A DNA stretch of 64,000 nucleotides from contig JAZRQH010000172.1 in NCBI GenBank assembly GCA_045649645.1, positions 32,214 through 96,213 of the forward strand. The letters run 5' to 3'. The notes beneath the pieces were generated by a model, which did not search any database, was not told the DNA's origin, and saw only the letters and a program-made list of their open reading frames with translations. The translations under genes and the position numbers were made by a program. The DNA is from Eubacteriales bacterium (lineage in GTDB: Bacteria > Bacillota > Clostridia > Oscillospirales > CAG-272). Numbering within the stretch: position 1 is the first letter of the stretch; every line of letters starts with the position of its first letter. Positions 1 through 8,700 of the stretch are shown here, piece by piece.

Positions 1-151
1 CAGTTATGTCCTTTTTGTCTATCATAGGCATAGCTTCGAAAACGTAGTCAAGAAGAGGCTTGTCGTTAGCACGACGGAGAACCTTGGGCATAGGGTTGCC
101 TGCCTCCTGTAATCTTGTTCCTTTTCCTGCTGCCATAATTATTGCTTTCAT
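1..151 (-). CDS. Sugar-phosphate nucleotidyltransferase family protein, N-terminal 50 aa only (gene runs off the left edge)
   Basis: Reverse translation from ATG at 151..149 gives MKAIIMAAGKGTRLQEAGNPMPKVLRRANDKPLLDYVF, which carries the GxGTR...PK signature of NTP-transferase fold enzymes. A GGAGG lies about 10 nt upstream. Confidence 0.6.
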   Translation of the reverse strand, partial: MKAIIMAAGKGTRLQEAGNPMPKVLRRANDKPLLDYVFEAMPMIDKKDIT

Positions 152-270
152 TTTATTTTACCTCCAAGGCAGATAATAATTCATACTAATTAAGTATATC
201 ATACAAATTTACAAAAGTAAATATTAACACGAAAAAAATAGAGAATAGTTTATATATTTTTTAAAATCTA

Positions 271-299
271 TTGTAATTTACACCCCGTTATGATATAAT
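271..299 (+). promoter_or_regulatory. Sigma-A type promoter for tRNA-Val (TTGTAA-N17-TATAAT with TG extension)
   Basis: TTGTAA at 271..276, a 17-nt spacer, and TGATATAAT at 291..299. The tRNA starts 14 nt downstream. Confidence 0.5.
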
Positions 300-312
300 C
301 TAATTAATGAAT

Positions 313-389
313 GGGGGTATAGCTCAGCAGGTTAGAGCGCATGCTTGACATGCATGAGGTCATTGGTTCGAGCCCGATTATCCCCACCA
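313..389 (+). tRNA. tRNA-Val (anticodon GAC), CCA encoded
   Basis: Cloverleaf folded by hand. Acceptor GGGGGTA/TATCCCC, D stem GCTC/GAGC, anticodon stem CATGC/GCATG with loop TTGACAT, T arm ATTGG-TTCGAGC-CCGAT, then ACCA. Confidence 0.9.
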
Positions 390-392
390 TAG

Positions 393-421
393 GACTCGTT
401 CCACATGAACGGGTCTTTTTT
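393..421 (+). terminator. Rho-independent terminator after tRNA-Val
   Basis: 9-bp stem GACTCGTTC/GAACGGGTC with a 5-nt loop, followed by TTTTTT. Confidence 0.6.
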
Positions 422-446
422 ATATTTACAACGAAAGGGAAGAGCT

Positions 447-1223
447 ATGAATATTCTTAATGACGAAAAGGTAATTGTTATACTTACAGACGGTATGCAC
501 CCGGATGCAATCAAGCTTGTACCCAAGGCGCAAAAATTCTATGATGAAGCTGCATCTACTCTTAACGGAAAAAGTGTAATGCCTGCAGTAACGATGCCTT
601 GTCATATGTCACTTTTTAAGGCAGTTGAACCTACGGTACATAACTGTATAGACAACTATGATCCTGCGCATTTTAACCCGGTGAAGGGAATATGTGAAGT
701 CTTGAGAAGAAGAGACAGAAAAACTGCGATGTTTTACACCTGGGGTGAGCTTCGAGATCTTTCCAGACCCGGTGTCGTTGCTTACGACTGCTTTATAAAC
801 GCATCCTACGACGGTGTTGAGGATACCTCGAAGAAGTTGACACATGAAGCGATCAGATACCTGAAGGATAATTTCACCAGCTTTACGTTCATTCATTACG
901 ACGTTATTGATGTATATGGCCACTGGTACGGATGGATGACCGACAAGTATATTGATGGTGTTAAGTTTGTGTGGGAAGAGATATACAAGCTCTTGGAGGT
1001 TGTTGATGACGATACTACGGTAATAATTCTCTCGGATCACAGCGGACACGATACGGACCACGGCATTGAATCCGATACACAGATTCCCGTTATGATAAAG
1101 AGTAAATTCTTTAAAGGCGCCACAGAACTCAAGGACGTATCTATAAAAGACATAGCACCTACCATCTGTAAAATACTTGAAGTACAGCCGGATCCCGATT
1201 GGGAAGGCAAAGCGTTATTCTGA
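447..1223 (+). CDS. Alkaline-phosphatase superfamily metalloenzyme (type I phosphodiesterase / nucleotide pyrophosphatase-like)
   Basis: Contains ILTDGMHPD, a TMPCH candidate nucleophile Thr, HYDVIDVYGHWYG and ILSDHSGHDTDHG, which match the metal-ligand layout of NPP/AP-fold enzymes. Start moved to ATG 447 (MNILNDEK), downstream of the tRNA terminator. Confidence 0.7.
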   Translation: MNILNDEKVIVILTDGMHPDAIKLVPKAQKFYDEAASTLNGKSVMPAVTMPCHMSLFKAVEPTVHNCIDNYDPAHFNPVKGICEVLRRRDRKTAMFYTWGELRDLSRPGVVAYDCFINASYDGVEDTSKKLTHEAIRYLKDNFTSFTFIHYDVIDVYGHWYGWMTDKYIDGVKFVWEEIYKLLEVVDDDTTVIILSDHSGHDTDHGIESDTQIPVMIKSKFFKGATELKDVSIKDIAPTICKILEVQPDPDWEGKALF

Positions 1224-1230
1224 TACCATA

Positions 1231-1254
1231 AGGGGCAGTATATTATCTGCCCCT
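1231..1254 (+). terminator. GC-rich hairpin after the phosphodiesterase gene (atypical terminator, no U-tract)
   Basis: AGGGGCAG-N8-CTGCCCCT lies 8 nt after the stop codon. It is followed by AAAAAT rather than a T-run. Confidence 0.35.
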
Positions 1255-1267
1255 AAAAATATAATAT

Positions 1268-1301
1268 CCAATTATATAAAATACAAATTTTATATAATTG
1301 G
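1268..1301. repeat. Perfect 15-bp inverted repeat with 4-nt spacer
   Basis: CCAATTATATAAAAT-ACAA-ATTTTATATAATTGG, read directly from the sequence. Confidence 0.9.
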
Positions 1302-1337
1302 GAGAAGTATCGGTAAACAAAGATGCTGTATTTATAA

Positions 1338-1372
1338 GTTGTGCGTTCGGAGATAGCCATGTTGTGCGTTCG
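1338..1372. repeat. Two copies of GTTGTGCGTTCG, starts 23 bp apart (possible operator half-sites upstream of araB)
   Basis: The 12-mer is identical at 1338..1349 and 1361..1372. The second copy sits in the imperfect palindrome TTGTgcgTTCGAAtaaACAA. Confidence 0.8.
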
Positions 1373-1562
1373 AATAAACAATTATAATATTAAGGTTTTA
1401 ATACAATTATCATTATCCGGTTATCATTTATTATATCTGTTGTCAATGATATGCTATTATTTGATCCCATTGGCTAAGTATGTAAAATTTCGCTTTCCAA
1501 AGGAATTTTGTTTCGTATATTTTAATAGGTTTTAAAAAATCCCTTTAGATTTAATTTTAGTA

Positions 1563-1591
1563 TTGTAATAATTATTTTGCTATGATATAAT
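1563..1591 (+). promoter_or_regulatory. Sigma-A type promoter for araB operon (TTGTAA-N17-TATAAT, TG-extended)
   Basis: TTGTAA at 1563..1568, a 17-nt spacer, and TGATATAAT at 1583..1591, about 95 nt upstream of the araB ATG. Confidence 0.5.
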
Positions 1592-1684
1592 CAACCTGTG
1601 TAATCCAAAGGATTTTTTCATAACGTATATTTCATCATTTATAGAATTTTCTTAGGATTCAGATTTTTGGTTTTGGAGCTAAGC

Positions 1685-3325
1685 ATGGCTAAATATTCAA
1701 TTGGCATAGATTTCGGTACGTTGTCAGGCCGAGCGGTACTGATAGACGTCGATAGCGGCAATATGATCGCCGAGGCTACTCTGGAATACAAGCACGGCGT
1801 GATGGATGATTATCTTTGCAATAGCGAAATAAAGCTTCCCGATAATTATGCTCTGCAGCACCCCGCTGATTATATCGACGTGATCGAATTTTGCATTCCT
1901 GAGATCTTGAGAAAACCAGGTGTTCACAATTCGGACATAATTGGAATTGGTGTGGATTTCACGGCATGTACTGTAATACCTACCGATCACAACGGAAATC
2001 CCTTATGCTTTAACCAAAGATTTAAAAATTGCCCTGATGCCTACGTAAAGCTGTGGAAGGATCATTCTTCCCTGCCTTATGCAGACAAGCTGACAAATCT
2101 CGCTAAAAGTGAGGGCATGGATTTTATAAACAGATACGGCGGTGCTGTATCCTCTGAGTGGCTTATACCAAAGATCATGCTTATAGCTGATAAAAGCCCC
2201 GAGGTGTACAATGAAGCCTCTTATTTTATTGAAGCGGCCGACTGGTTGGTATGGCAACTTTGCGGCGAACAGGTACGTAGCTCATGCACGTGCGGTTATA
2301 AGGCGCTATGGCATCACGAGGCTGGATATCCGTCCACAGAGTTCTTTGAAAAGCTTGATCCTAAATTCTGCAATCTTCTTTCCGAAAAACTCGATGCACC
2401 AGTTCGTTCTTTAGCAACGAAAGCAGGTACAATAACAAAGAAATGGGCAGAAAAGCTCGGTTTGAGTGAAAACACAGCGGTAGCTATAGGAAATATTGAC
2501 GGACACGCGACGGTTCCTGCAGTCAAGGTAACAAGACCCGGTCAGATGCTTATGATATTAGGCACATCGGCATGCTTTATGACTCTCGATGAAAGAGAGC
2601 TTGACGTAAGAGAGATCGCCGGATACGTAAAGGACGGTATGATACCCGGATATTACGGCTACGAGGCGGGTCAGGCTTGTATGGGAGACCATTTCGCCTG
2701 GTACGTCAAGAATATGCTACCTTATGAATATAGGGTTGAAGCTCAAAAAAACAAAAAGAGCGATATAGAATACATATTTGAAAAATCCGCTCAGTTAAAG
2801 CCCGGTGAGAACGGACTTATAGCTCTTGACTGGTGGAACGGCAACCGCGCTCTTCCCTGCCGAAGCGGGCTTGCAGGTTGTATTATCGGAATGAACCTTT
2901 CAACAAAGCCTGAGCATATATTCAGAGCTTTGATTGAAGCAACAGCGTTCGGTGCCAGAAAAATTACCGACAACTTCCGTAAATACGGATTAAATATCGA
3001 TTCGATTCACGCTGCAGGCGGTATCGCTGAGAAAAATCCTTTTGTGATGCAGTTATATGCTGATGTATTAGATATGGAAATCAAGATTTCCGGTTCTCCT
3101 CAGGCTGCAGCTCTCGGTGCTGCAATGACAGGTGCCGTAGCGGGAGGAGCATACGATACATTGACCGAGGCCGCCGAAGCTATGGGTAAGTTAAAGGACT
3201 TTACTTATAAGCCTGATCCTGTTAACCGAGAGATATATGATTCTCTCTATAATGAATTCTGCCGACTTTATGATTATTTCGGCAGAGAAAATGAATTGAT
3301 GAATAATATAAAATTATATAAATAA
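1685..3325 (+). CDS. araB: L-ribulokinase (FGGY carbohydrate kinase)
   Basis: The N-terminus MAKYSIGIDFGTLSGRAVLIDV and the length (546 aa) are typical of Firmicute AraB. GGAG lies 6 nt upstream of ATG 1685. Confidence 0.9.
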   Translation: MAKYSIGIDFGTLSGRAVLIDVDSGNMIAEATLEYKHGVMDDYLCNSEIKLPDNYALQHPADYIDVIEFCIPEILRKPGVHNSDIIGIGVDFTACTVIPTDHNGNPLCFNQRFKNCPDAYVKLWKDHSSLPYADKLTNLAKSEGMDFINRYGGAVSSEWLIPKIMLIADKSPEVYNEASYFIEAADWLVWQLCGEQVRSSCTCGYKALWHHEAGYPSTEFFEKLDPKFCNLLSEKLDAPVRSLATKAGTITKKWAEKLGLSENTAVAIGNIDGHATVPAVKVTRPGQMLMILGTSACFMTLDERELDVREIAGYVKDGMIPGYYGYEAGQACMGDHFAWYVKNMLPYEYRVEAQKNKKSDIEYIFEKSAQLKPGENGLIALDWWNGNRALPCRSGLAGCIIGMNLSTKPEHIFRALIEATAFGARKITDNFRKYGLNIDSIHAAGGIAEKNPFVMQLYADVLDMEIKISGSPQAAALGAAMTGAVAGGAYDTLTEAAEAMGKLKDFTYKPDPVNREIYDSLYNEFCRLYDYFGRENELMNNIKLYK

Positions 3326-3337
3326 AGGAGTAAAATT

Positions 3338-4822
3338 ATGTTTACCAATGATGTAAAGGTAAAGATAGGTATTGTAGCGGTTTCCAGAAGCTGTTTCTCC
3401 AAGGAGCTCAGTACAAACAGACGTAACGCTGTTAAGGCTGAGTGTGATAAGCTTGGTCTTGAGCTCTACAACTGTCCCGTACTTGTTGAAAATGAAGTTG
3501 ATGCTATGAATGCTCTTGATGACCTCAAGGCAAACGGTGTTAACGCACTTGTAGTTTATCTCGGCAACTTCGGTCCTGAGACTCCCGAAACAATGATGGC
3601 TCAGAAGTTCCAGGGTCCCAAGATGTTCTGTGCAGCGGCTGAGGAGTCCATGAACGACCTCTTTGACGGCAGAGGCGATGCATACTGCGGTATGCTCAAC
3701 GCATCCTACAATCTCAAGCTCCGCGGTCTCAAGGTATTTATTCCCGACGAGCCCGTAGGAACTGCTGACGAAACAGCGGCTTCTATCGCTGATTTCGAGC
3801 CTATTGCTCGCGTTCTTATCGGCATGTCCTCCCTCAAGGTAATTTCCTTCGGTCCCAGACCTCAGGATTTTATCGCTTGCAACGCACCCATCAAGCCTCT
3901 TTATGATCTCGGTGTTGAGATTCAGGAGAACAGTGAGCTTGACCTCTTCTGTTCCTTCAACGACCACGAGGGTGATGAGAGAATCCCCGCTATCGTTGAG
4001 GAAATGATGGCTGACTACGGCGGAAAGGTTACATATCCTGATGCTCTCGCTAAGCTTGCACAGTATGAAGTAACTCTTCTCGACTGGGCTGAGGCAAACC
4101 GCGGCGCTTGCGAGCACGTTATCTTTGCTAACAAGTGCTGGCCTTCCTTCCAGACAGCGTTCAAGATCGTTCCCTGCTACGTAAATGGACGTCTTGCTGC
4201 CAAGGGTATTCCCGTATCCTGTGAGGTTGATATCTACGGCGTTCTCTCCGAGTATATGATCTATCTTGCAACAGGTAAGGCTCCCGCCCTTCTTGATATT
4301 AACAACACCGTTCCCAAGGATCTCTACGAGACCTACAAGGATATGGCTAAGGGCTATAAGAACAATGAAATGTTCATGGGCTTCCATTGTGGTAACGGTT
4401 CTACCTGCATACTCAAAAAGCCTACAATGGGTTATCAGCGTATCATGAAGCGCGATCTTGAGCCCGAAGGCGAGCCTTTCATCACCAGAGGTACCGCTGA
4501 AGGCGATCTTATCTCCTCTCCCGTAACTCTCTTCAGACTCCAGGGTGCTGCTGATTGCAGACTTACATCCTACATTGCTCAGGGTGAGACTCTCGATATT
4601 CCCTCTCACTCCTTCGGTACTATCGGTGTTATCGCTATTCCCGAGATGCCCAGATTCTACCGTCACGTACTTATCGAAAAGAACTACCCTCACCACTCCG
4701 GTGTTGCGTTTGCTAACTGCGGTAAGACTCTCTTCGAGGTAGTTAAGCTTCTCGGTGTTGAGGATATCTCCTACAACCAGCCTGCTTCCCTGCCCTATAA
4801 GACAGAGAATCCTTTTGCTTAA
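3338..4822 (+). CDS. FucI/AraA-superfamily sugar isomerase (L-fucose isomerase-like short form); candidate L-arabinose isomerase
   Basis: 494 aa, of similar length to AraA (about 500 aa). Has a Rossmann-like N-terminal swivel region (KIGIVAVSRSCF...ALVVYLGNFGPE) and a C-terminal GFHCGNG...YPHHSGVAF block. AAAGGAG lies upstream, and the gene starts 12 nt after the araB stop. Confidence 0.75.
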   Translation: MFTNDVKVKIGIVAVSRSCFSKELSTNRRNAVKAECDKLGLELYNCPVLVENEVDAMNALDDLKANGVNALVVYLGNFGPETPETMMAQKFQGPKMFCAAAEESMNDLFDGRGDAYCGMLNASYNLKLRGLKVFIPDEPVGTADETAASIADFEPIARVLIGMSSLKVISFGPRPQDFIACNAPIKPLYDLGVEIQENSELDLFCSFNDHEGDERIPAIVEEMMADYGGKVTYPDALAKLAQYEVTLLDWAEANRGACEHVIFANKCWPSFQTAFKIVPCYVNGRLAAKGIPVSCEVDIYGVLSEYMIYLATGKAPALLDINNTVPKDLYETYKDMAKGYKNNEMFMGFHCGNGSTCILKKPTMGYQRIMKRDLEPEGEPFITRGTAEGDLISSPVTLFRLQGAADCRLTSYIAQGETLDIPSHSFGTIGVIAIPEMPRFYRHVLIEKNYPHHSGVAFANCGKTLFEVVKLLGVEDISYNQPASLPYKTENPFA

Positions 4823-4837
4823 TTAAATTATATAAAT

Positions 4838-4861
4838 AAAGCTCTCCATACGGAGAGCTTT
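4838..4861. terminator. Bidirectional terminator between convergent isomerase and TRIC-family genes
   Basis: AAAGCTCTCC-ATAC-GGAGAGCTTT, flanked by an A-run and a T-run. Confidence 0.7.
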
Positions 4862-4863
4862 AT

Positions 4864-5511
4864 TTATTCAATATTGATCTTAGGTAATTTCCATCTGTAT
4901 CTTGCGGCGAGTGTTCTTGATAAAACGGTAAAAGCAATAACAAATAAGGTTGCAATCACCTTATGCCCAAATTTTACGCTTAAAAGATAATATGAGCAGC
5001 TGCCGAGGATGGATACAACGGCATATACATGTTTGATAAGAATGTACGGCTTTTGATTAACCAATACGTCTCTGAGTATACCGCCGCCAACACCTGTCAG
5101 AACTCCCAGAGTTATTACGAGGAGGACGTTATCCTGATATTCGGAAAGACAAGCTATCTCAACACCCGTGATAGAAAAGGCCGCCAACCCTAAAGCGTCA
5201 AAAAATATATTTATAAGTTCGGTAGTTTTACGAAATTTATCAAATTTCTTTCTGAAAAGATATGCGATCACAAACACTGCTAAAGAAGTTATCGCAGAAA
5301 GAAACAGTATTGTCGGATTTGAGAAAACATAGGGCGGAATATTACCAATAAGCAGATCACGGATGATCCCTCCTCCAACAGCTGTTATACATCCTACCGA
5401 TATTACACCGAACAGATCCAGACTGCAGCCTATTGCAACAAGCGAACCTGATACCGCAAACGAAATAGTCCCGATCCATTCCATTATTAATATTATAATA
5501 TCACTTAACAT
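4864..5511 (-). CDS. Trimeric intracellular cation channel family (UPF0126 / YadS-YicG) membrane protein
   Basis: Two internal repeats, each with a GGGI(I/L)RD motif (AVGGGIIRDLL and GVGGGILRDVL), plus about 7 hydrophobic helices. Confidence 0.8.
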   Translation of the reverse strand: MLSDIIILIMEWIGTISFAVSGSLVAIGCSLDLFGVISVGCITAVGGGIIRDLLIGNIPPYVFSNPTILFLSAITSLAVFVIAYLFRKKFDKFRKTTELINIFFDALGLAAFSITGVEIACLSEYQDNVLLVITLGVLTGVGGGILRDVLVNQKPYILIKHVYAVVSILGSCSYYLLSVKFGHKVIATLFVIAFTVLSRTLAARYRWKLPKINIE

Positions 5512-5534
5512 ACATTTATCTCCCGATTAAGATA

Positions 5535-5568
5535 AAAACAGAAAACCTCGTTCAAAAGAACGAGGTTT
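5535..5568 (-). terminator. Rho-independent terminator after tRNA-Thr
   Basis: 11-bp stem AAACCTCGTTC/GAACGAGGTTT with an AAAA loop. On the minus strand it is followed by CTGTTTTTATC. Confidence 0.7.
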
Positions 5569-5572
5569 ATTC

Positions 5573-5648
<76 letters not shown>

Positions 5649-5671
5649 ATCGATCCGTAATCGACTTGTAT

Positions 5672-5700
5672 ATAATAACAGATATATATCGATTTGTCAA
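5672..5700 (-). promoter_or_regulatory. Sigma-A promoter for tRNA-Thr (TTGACA-N17-TATTAT)
   Basis: On the minus strand, TTGACA at 5700..5695, a 17-nt spacer, and TATTAT at 5677..5672, about 24 nt upstream of the tRNA 5' end. Confidence 0.55.
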
Positions 5701-5740
5701 GGTTTTTTGCAAAAAAACTTTTGATTTTTTTAAATAAAAT

Positions 5741-5762
5741 AACGGTCACTTTGGTGACCGTT
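5741..5762 (-). terminator. Terminator after polC
   Basis: AACGGTCAC-TTTG-GTGACCGTT lies immediately after the polC stop. On the minus strand it is followed by ATTTTATTT. Confidence 0.65.
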
Positions 5763-5767
5763 ATTTA

Positions 5768-8700
5768 TCAAAACATTGATATCTGAGAATCGTCGTCTGC
5801 GTAATCTACTACATCGTTCTTTTGAATAGAATTAGCCTCGCTTTGCTCCATCAGTTCCCTTCTCTGCTTGTCAAGCTCGCTTTCTTTTTGTGGTACAGCA
5901 GGCTTATTATCATCAATAAGAGAGACCTGATTTGTCTGGCTCAAACCCTTGAATACACCACTTCTGCGAAGTATCTCGATAACCGTTTTTGAAAGACCGG
6001 CTCTTGAGCGAAGGTCCTCTATCGAGAGAAGATCCTTATCGGCACATACATCCATAATGTTCTGCGCAGCCGTATCACCGAGACCAGGCAAGGAGTTAAA
6101 CGGCATACGTATGCCCTTGTCGCCCTCAGGTAGAAATTTAAAGGCATGAGACTTATAAAGATCAACAGGCAGGAATTCTATACCCCTTGCCATCGCCTCG
6201 TTTACAAGCTGCAGGAAGGGTATCATATCCTCCTCTTTCTTCTCTGCCATCTTCTTACGCTTACGTTCTTCTATATCCTTCAAAGTGAAAGAAACATTGC
6301 TCAGACCGCCGCTGACAATATCAGCGTCAAATCCTGAGGGTGCAACGGTGAAGAACGCGGCATAGAATACAACGGGATGATATACCTTGAACCACGCAAG
6401 GCGTATAGCTGAGGTTACGTATGCGGCAGCATGAGCCTTAGGGAACATGTACTGGATCTTCTTACAAGAGCCTATATACCAATCCGGAACGTTCTGGGCT
6501 CGCATTGCTTCCTCATATTCAGGCTTCAGACCCTTACCCTTACGAACATCCTCCATTATCTTGAACGCCATGCTCTTCTCTACTCCCTGGTAGATAAGAT
6601 ATGTCATGATTGAGTCTCGTGTACCGATAAGCTCTGAAATCGTACAGGTACCGTTTGCAATAAGCTCGTCACCGTTACCTAACCATACCGCCGTACCGTG
6701 AGTAAGACCCGAAAGCTGTAATAGGTCAGAGAATGATTTGGGCTGGGTTGCAACGATTACCTGCTGGACGAATCTCGTACCAAACTCAGGAAGTCCGTAG
6801 GTACCGACCTCGGCACCTATATCGTCGGGAGTAACACCCAAGGCCTCTGTATTAAGGAAAAGACTCATTACCTTTTTATCGTTCATAGGAACGTCCATAA
6901 CGCTGAGTCCCGAATATTCTTCGAGACGCTTATACTTGGTCGGCATATCGTGTCCAAGCTCGTCAAGCTTAAGGATAGTATCGTGGAGATACGAGAATGC
7001 AAAGTGCGTTGTTATAATGTCGGAGTTTGCATCGTCTGCAGGATGCTGTACAGGGGTGAAATCGTAAACGTCATACTGTCGCGGTACAACTATAATACCG
7101 CCCGGATGCTGCCCTGTTGTACGCTTTACGCCGACACATCCGGTCTTAAGACGTTCGATCTCGGAACGGTTAAGAGGTATCTGCTTTTCTTCTGCATATT
7201 TTTTAACGAAGCCGTATGCGGTTTTTTCAGCCAAGGCAGAGAGCGTTCCGGCACGGAATACGTTTTCGCTACCGAACAGTTCTTCTGTATACTTGTGTAC
7301 TTTACCCTGAACGTCACCGGAGAAGTTAAGGTCGATATCAGGGGATTTATCACCGTAGAAACCGAGGAAGGTCTCAAAAGGAATATCGTGACCGTCACCT
7401 ATCATCTTTTTTCCGCACTTAGGACACACCTTATCGGGAAGGTCATAGCCGGAGCCAATTGAACCGTCGGTAAAGAACTCGGAATATAAGCAGTCGGGAC
7501 ATCTGTAATGAGGCACAAGGGGGTTAACCTCACTTATACCTGCCATTGTAGCAACGAAAGAGGAGCCTACAGAGCCTCTGGAACCAACAAGGTATCCTTG
7601 CTCCTCGCTGTACCAAACGAGCTTCTGTGCGATCATATAAAGCACAGCAAAGCCGTTTTTGATGATAGAGGTCAACTCACGGTCCAGTCTCTCGCTTACT
7701 ATCTCGGGCAAGGGATCACCGTACATTGTCTTAGCTCTCTCCCAGCAGATACGCTGAAGGTCCTCCTCTGCGCCCTCCATTTCGGGCGTATAGGTGCCCT
7801 CAGGAATAGCACGGATGCTTTCTACCATATCAGCGATCTTGTTGGTGTTGGTAACAACAACCTCATAGGCCTTTTCTTCACCGAGGTATGAAAACTCCTC
7901 CAGCATCTCATCAGTAGTACGAAGATATATTCCAGTATCCTTGTCTGCATCAGAAAACTTCATCGATTTAAGAAGTACCTTGCGGTATATCTCATGATGC
8001 TTTTCAAGGAAGTGTGCGTCACAGGTCGCAACTGTAGGCTTACCCAGCTCGTCACCAAGATCTATTATCAGCTTGTTGATATCCTTGAGTGCTTCGACGT
8101 CGGGGACGCTTCCCTCATTTACAAGGAACATATTGTTGCAAAGAGGCTGTATCTCAAGATAGTCATAGAAATCTGCTATCTTTAGGAGCTCATCTCTGGA
8201 TTTATTTTGCTTTATAGCCGTATAAAGCTCGCCGGCTTCACAGGCGGAGCCAATTATAAGACCCTCACGATGCTCCTCGAGCAGAGTCTTAGGTATACGC
8301 GGATGTCTGTAATAGTAGTCAAGATAACTCTGGGATATAAGATAATACAGATTCTTAAGACCAACAAGATTCTTGACAAGAATGATCATATGATGTGAAC
8401 GAAGCTTCTTGGGATCAGCCTTGTCCGCCATTATACGCACCATAGCTTCAAAGTCAAATATACCTTCAAGCTTAAGCTTTTCGCACATACAGAAGAATAT
8501 CTTTGCGAGCATTGCCGCATCGTCACAAGCTCTGTGATGTGAAAAATCCGGAAGCTTGTAATATCTCTGAAGTGTGTCAAGAGTGTGCTTATTTAGCTCG
8601 GGATTTACGTATCTCGATAATGCAACCGTATCAAGATATGTGTTTTCAAAGGGGATCTTATATTCCTTTGCCGCCGCTCTTATGAAAGAAGTATCGAATA

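Noticed and set aside
1341-1535. 64-aa GTG-initiated ORF in the araB upstream spacer
   Set aside because: The region is AT-rich non-coding DNA containing repeats and lying upstream of the promoter. There is no Shine-Dalgarno, and the peptide is a hydrophobic/aromatic string typical of translated AT-rich DNA.
313-1667. Possible genomic island integrated at tRNA-Val. The tRNA is followed by an accessory-looking gene and a long AT-rich spacer.
   Set aside because: There is no integrase or recombinase, and I could find no direct repeat of the tRNA 3' end downstream. There is only one cargo gene.
3314-4696. 460-aa antisense ORF opposite the FucI-like isomerase gene
   Set aside because: The explanation is the same: codon-bias shadow of a highly biased sense gene. 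The antisense product has no recognisable domain. The sense product has clear isomerase-family features and a strong Shine-Dalgarno.
5702-5718. Near-palindrome GTTTTTTGCAAAAAAAC between polC and tRNA-Thr
   Set aside because: It is imperfect (6 T versus 7 A) with a zero-length loop. It is most simply the A/T tracts flanking the polC terminator and the tRNA promoter UP region.
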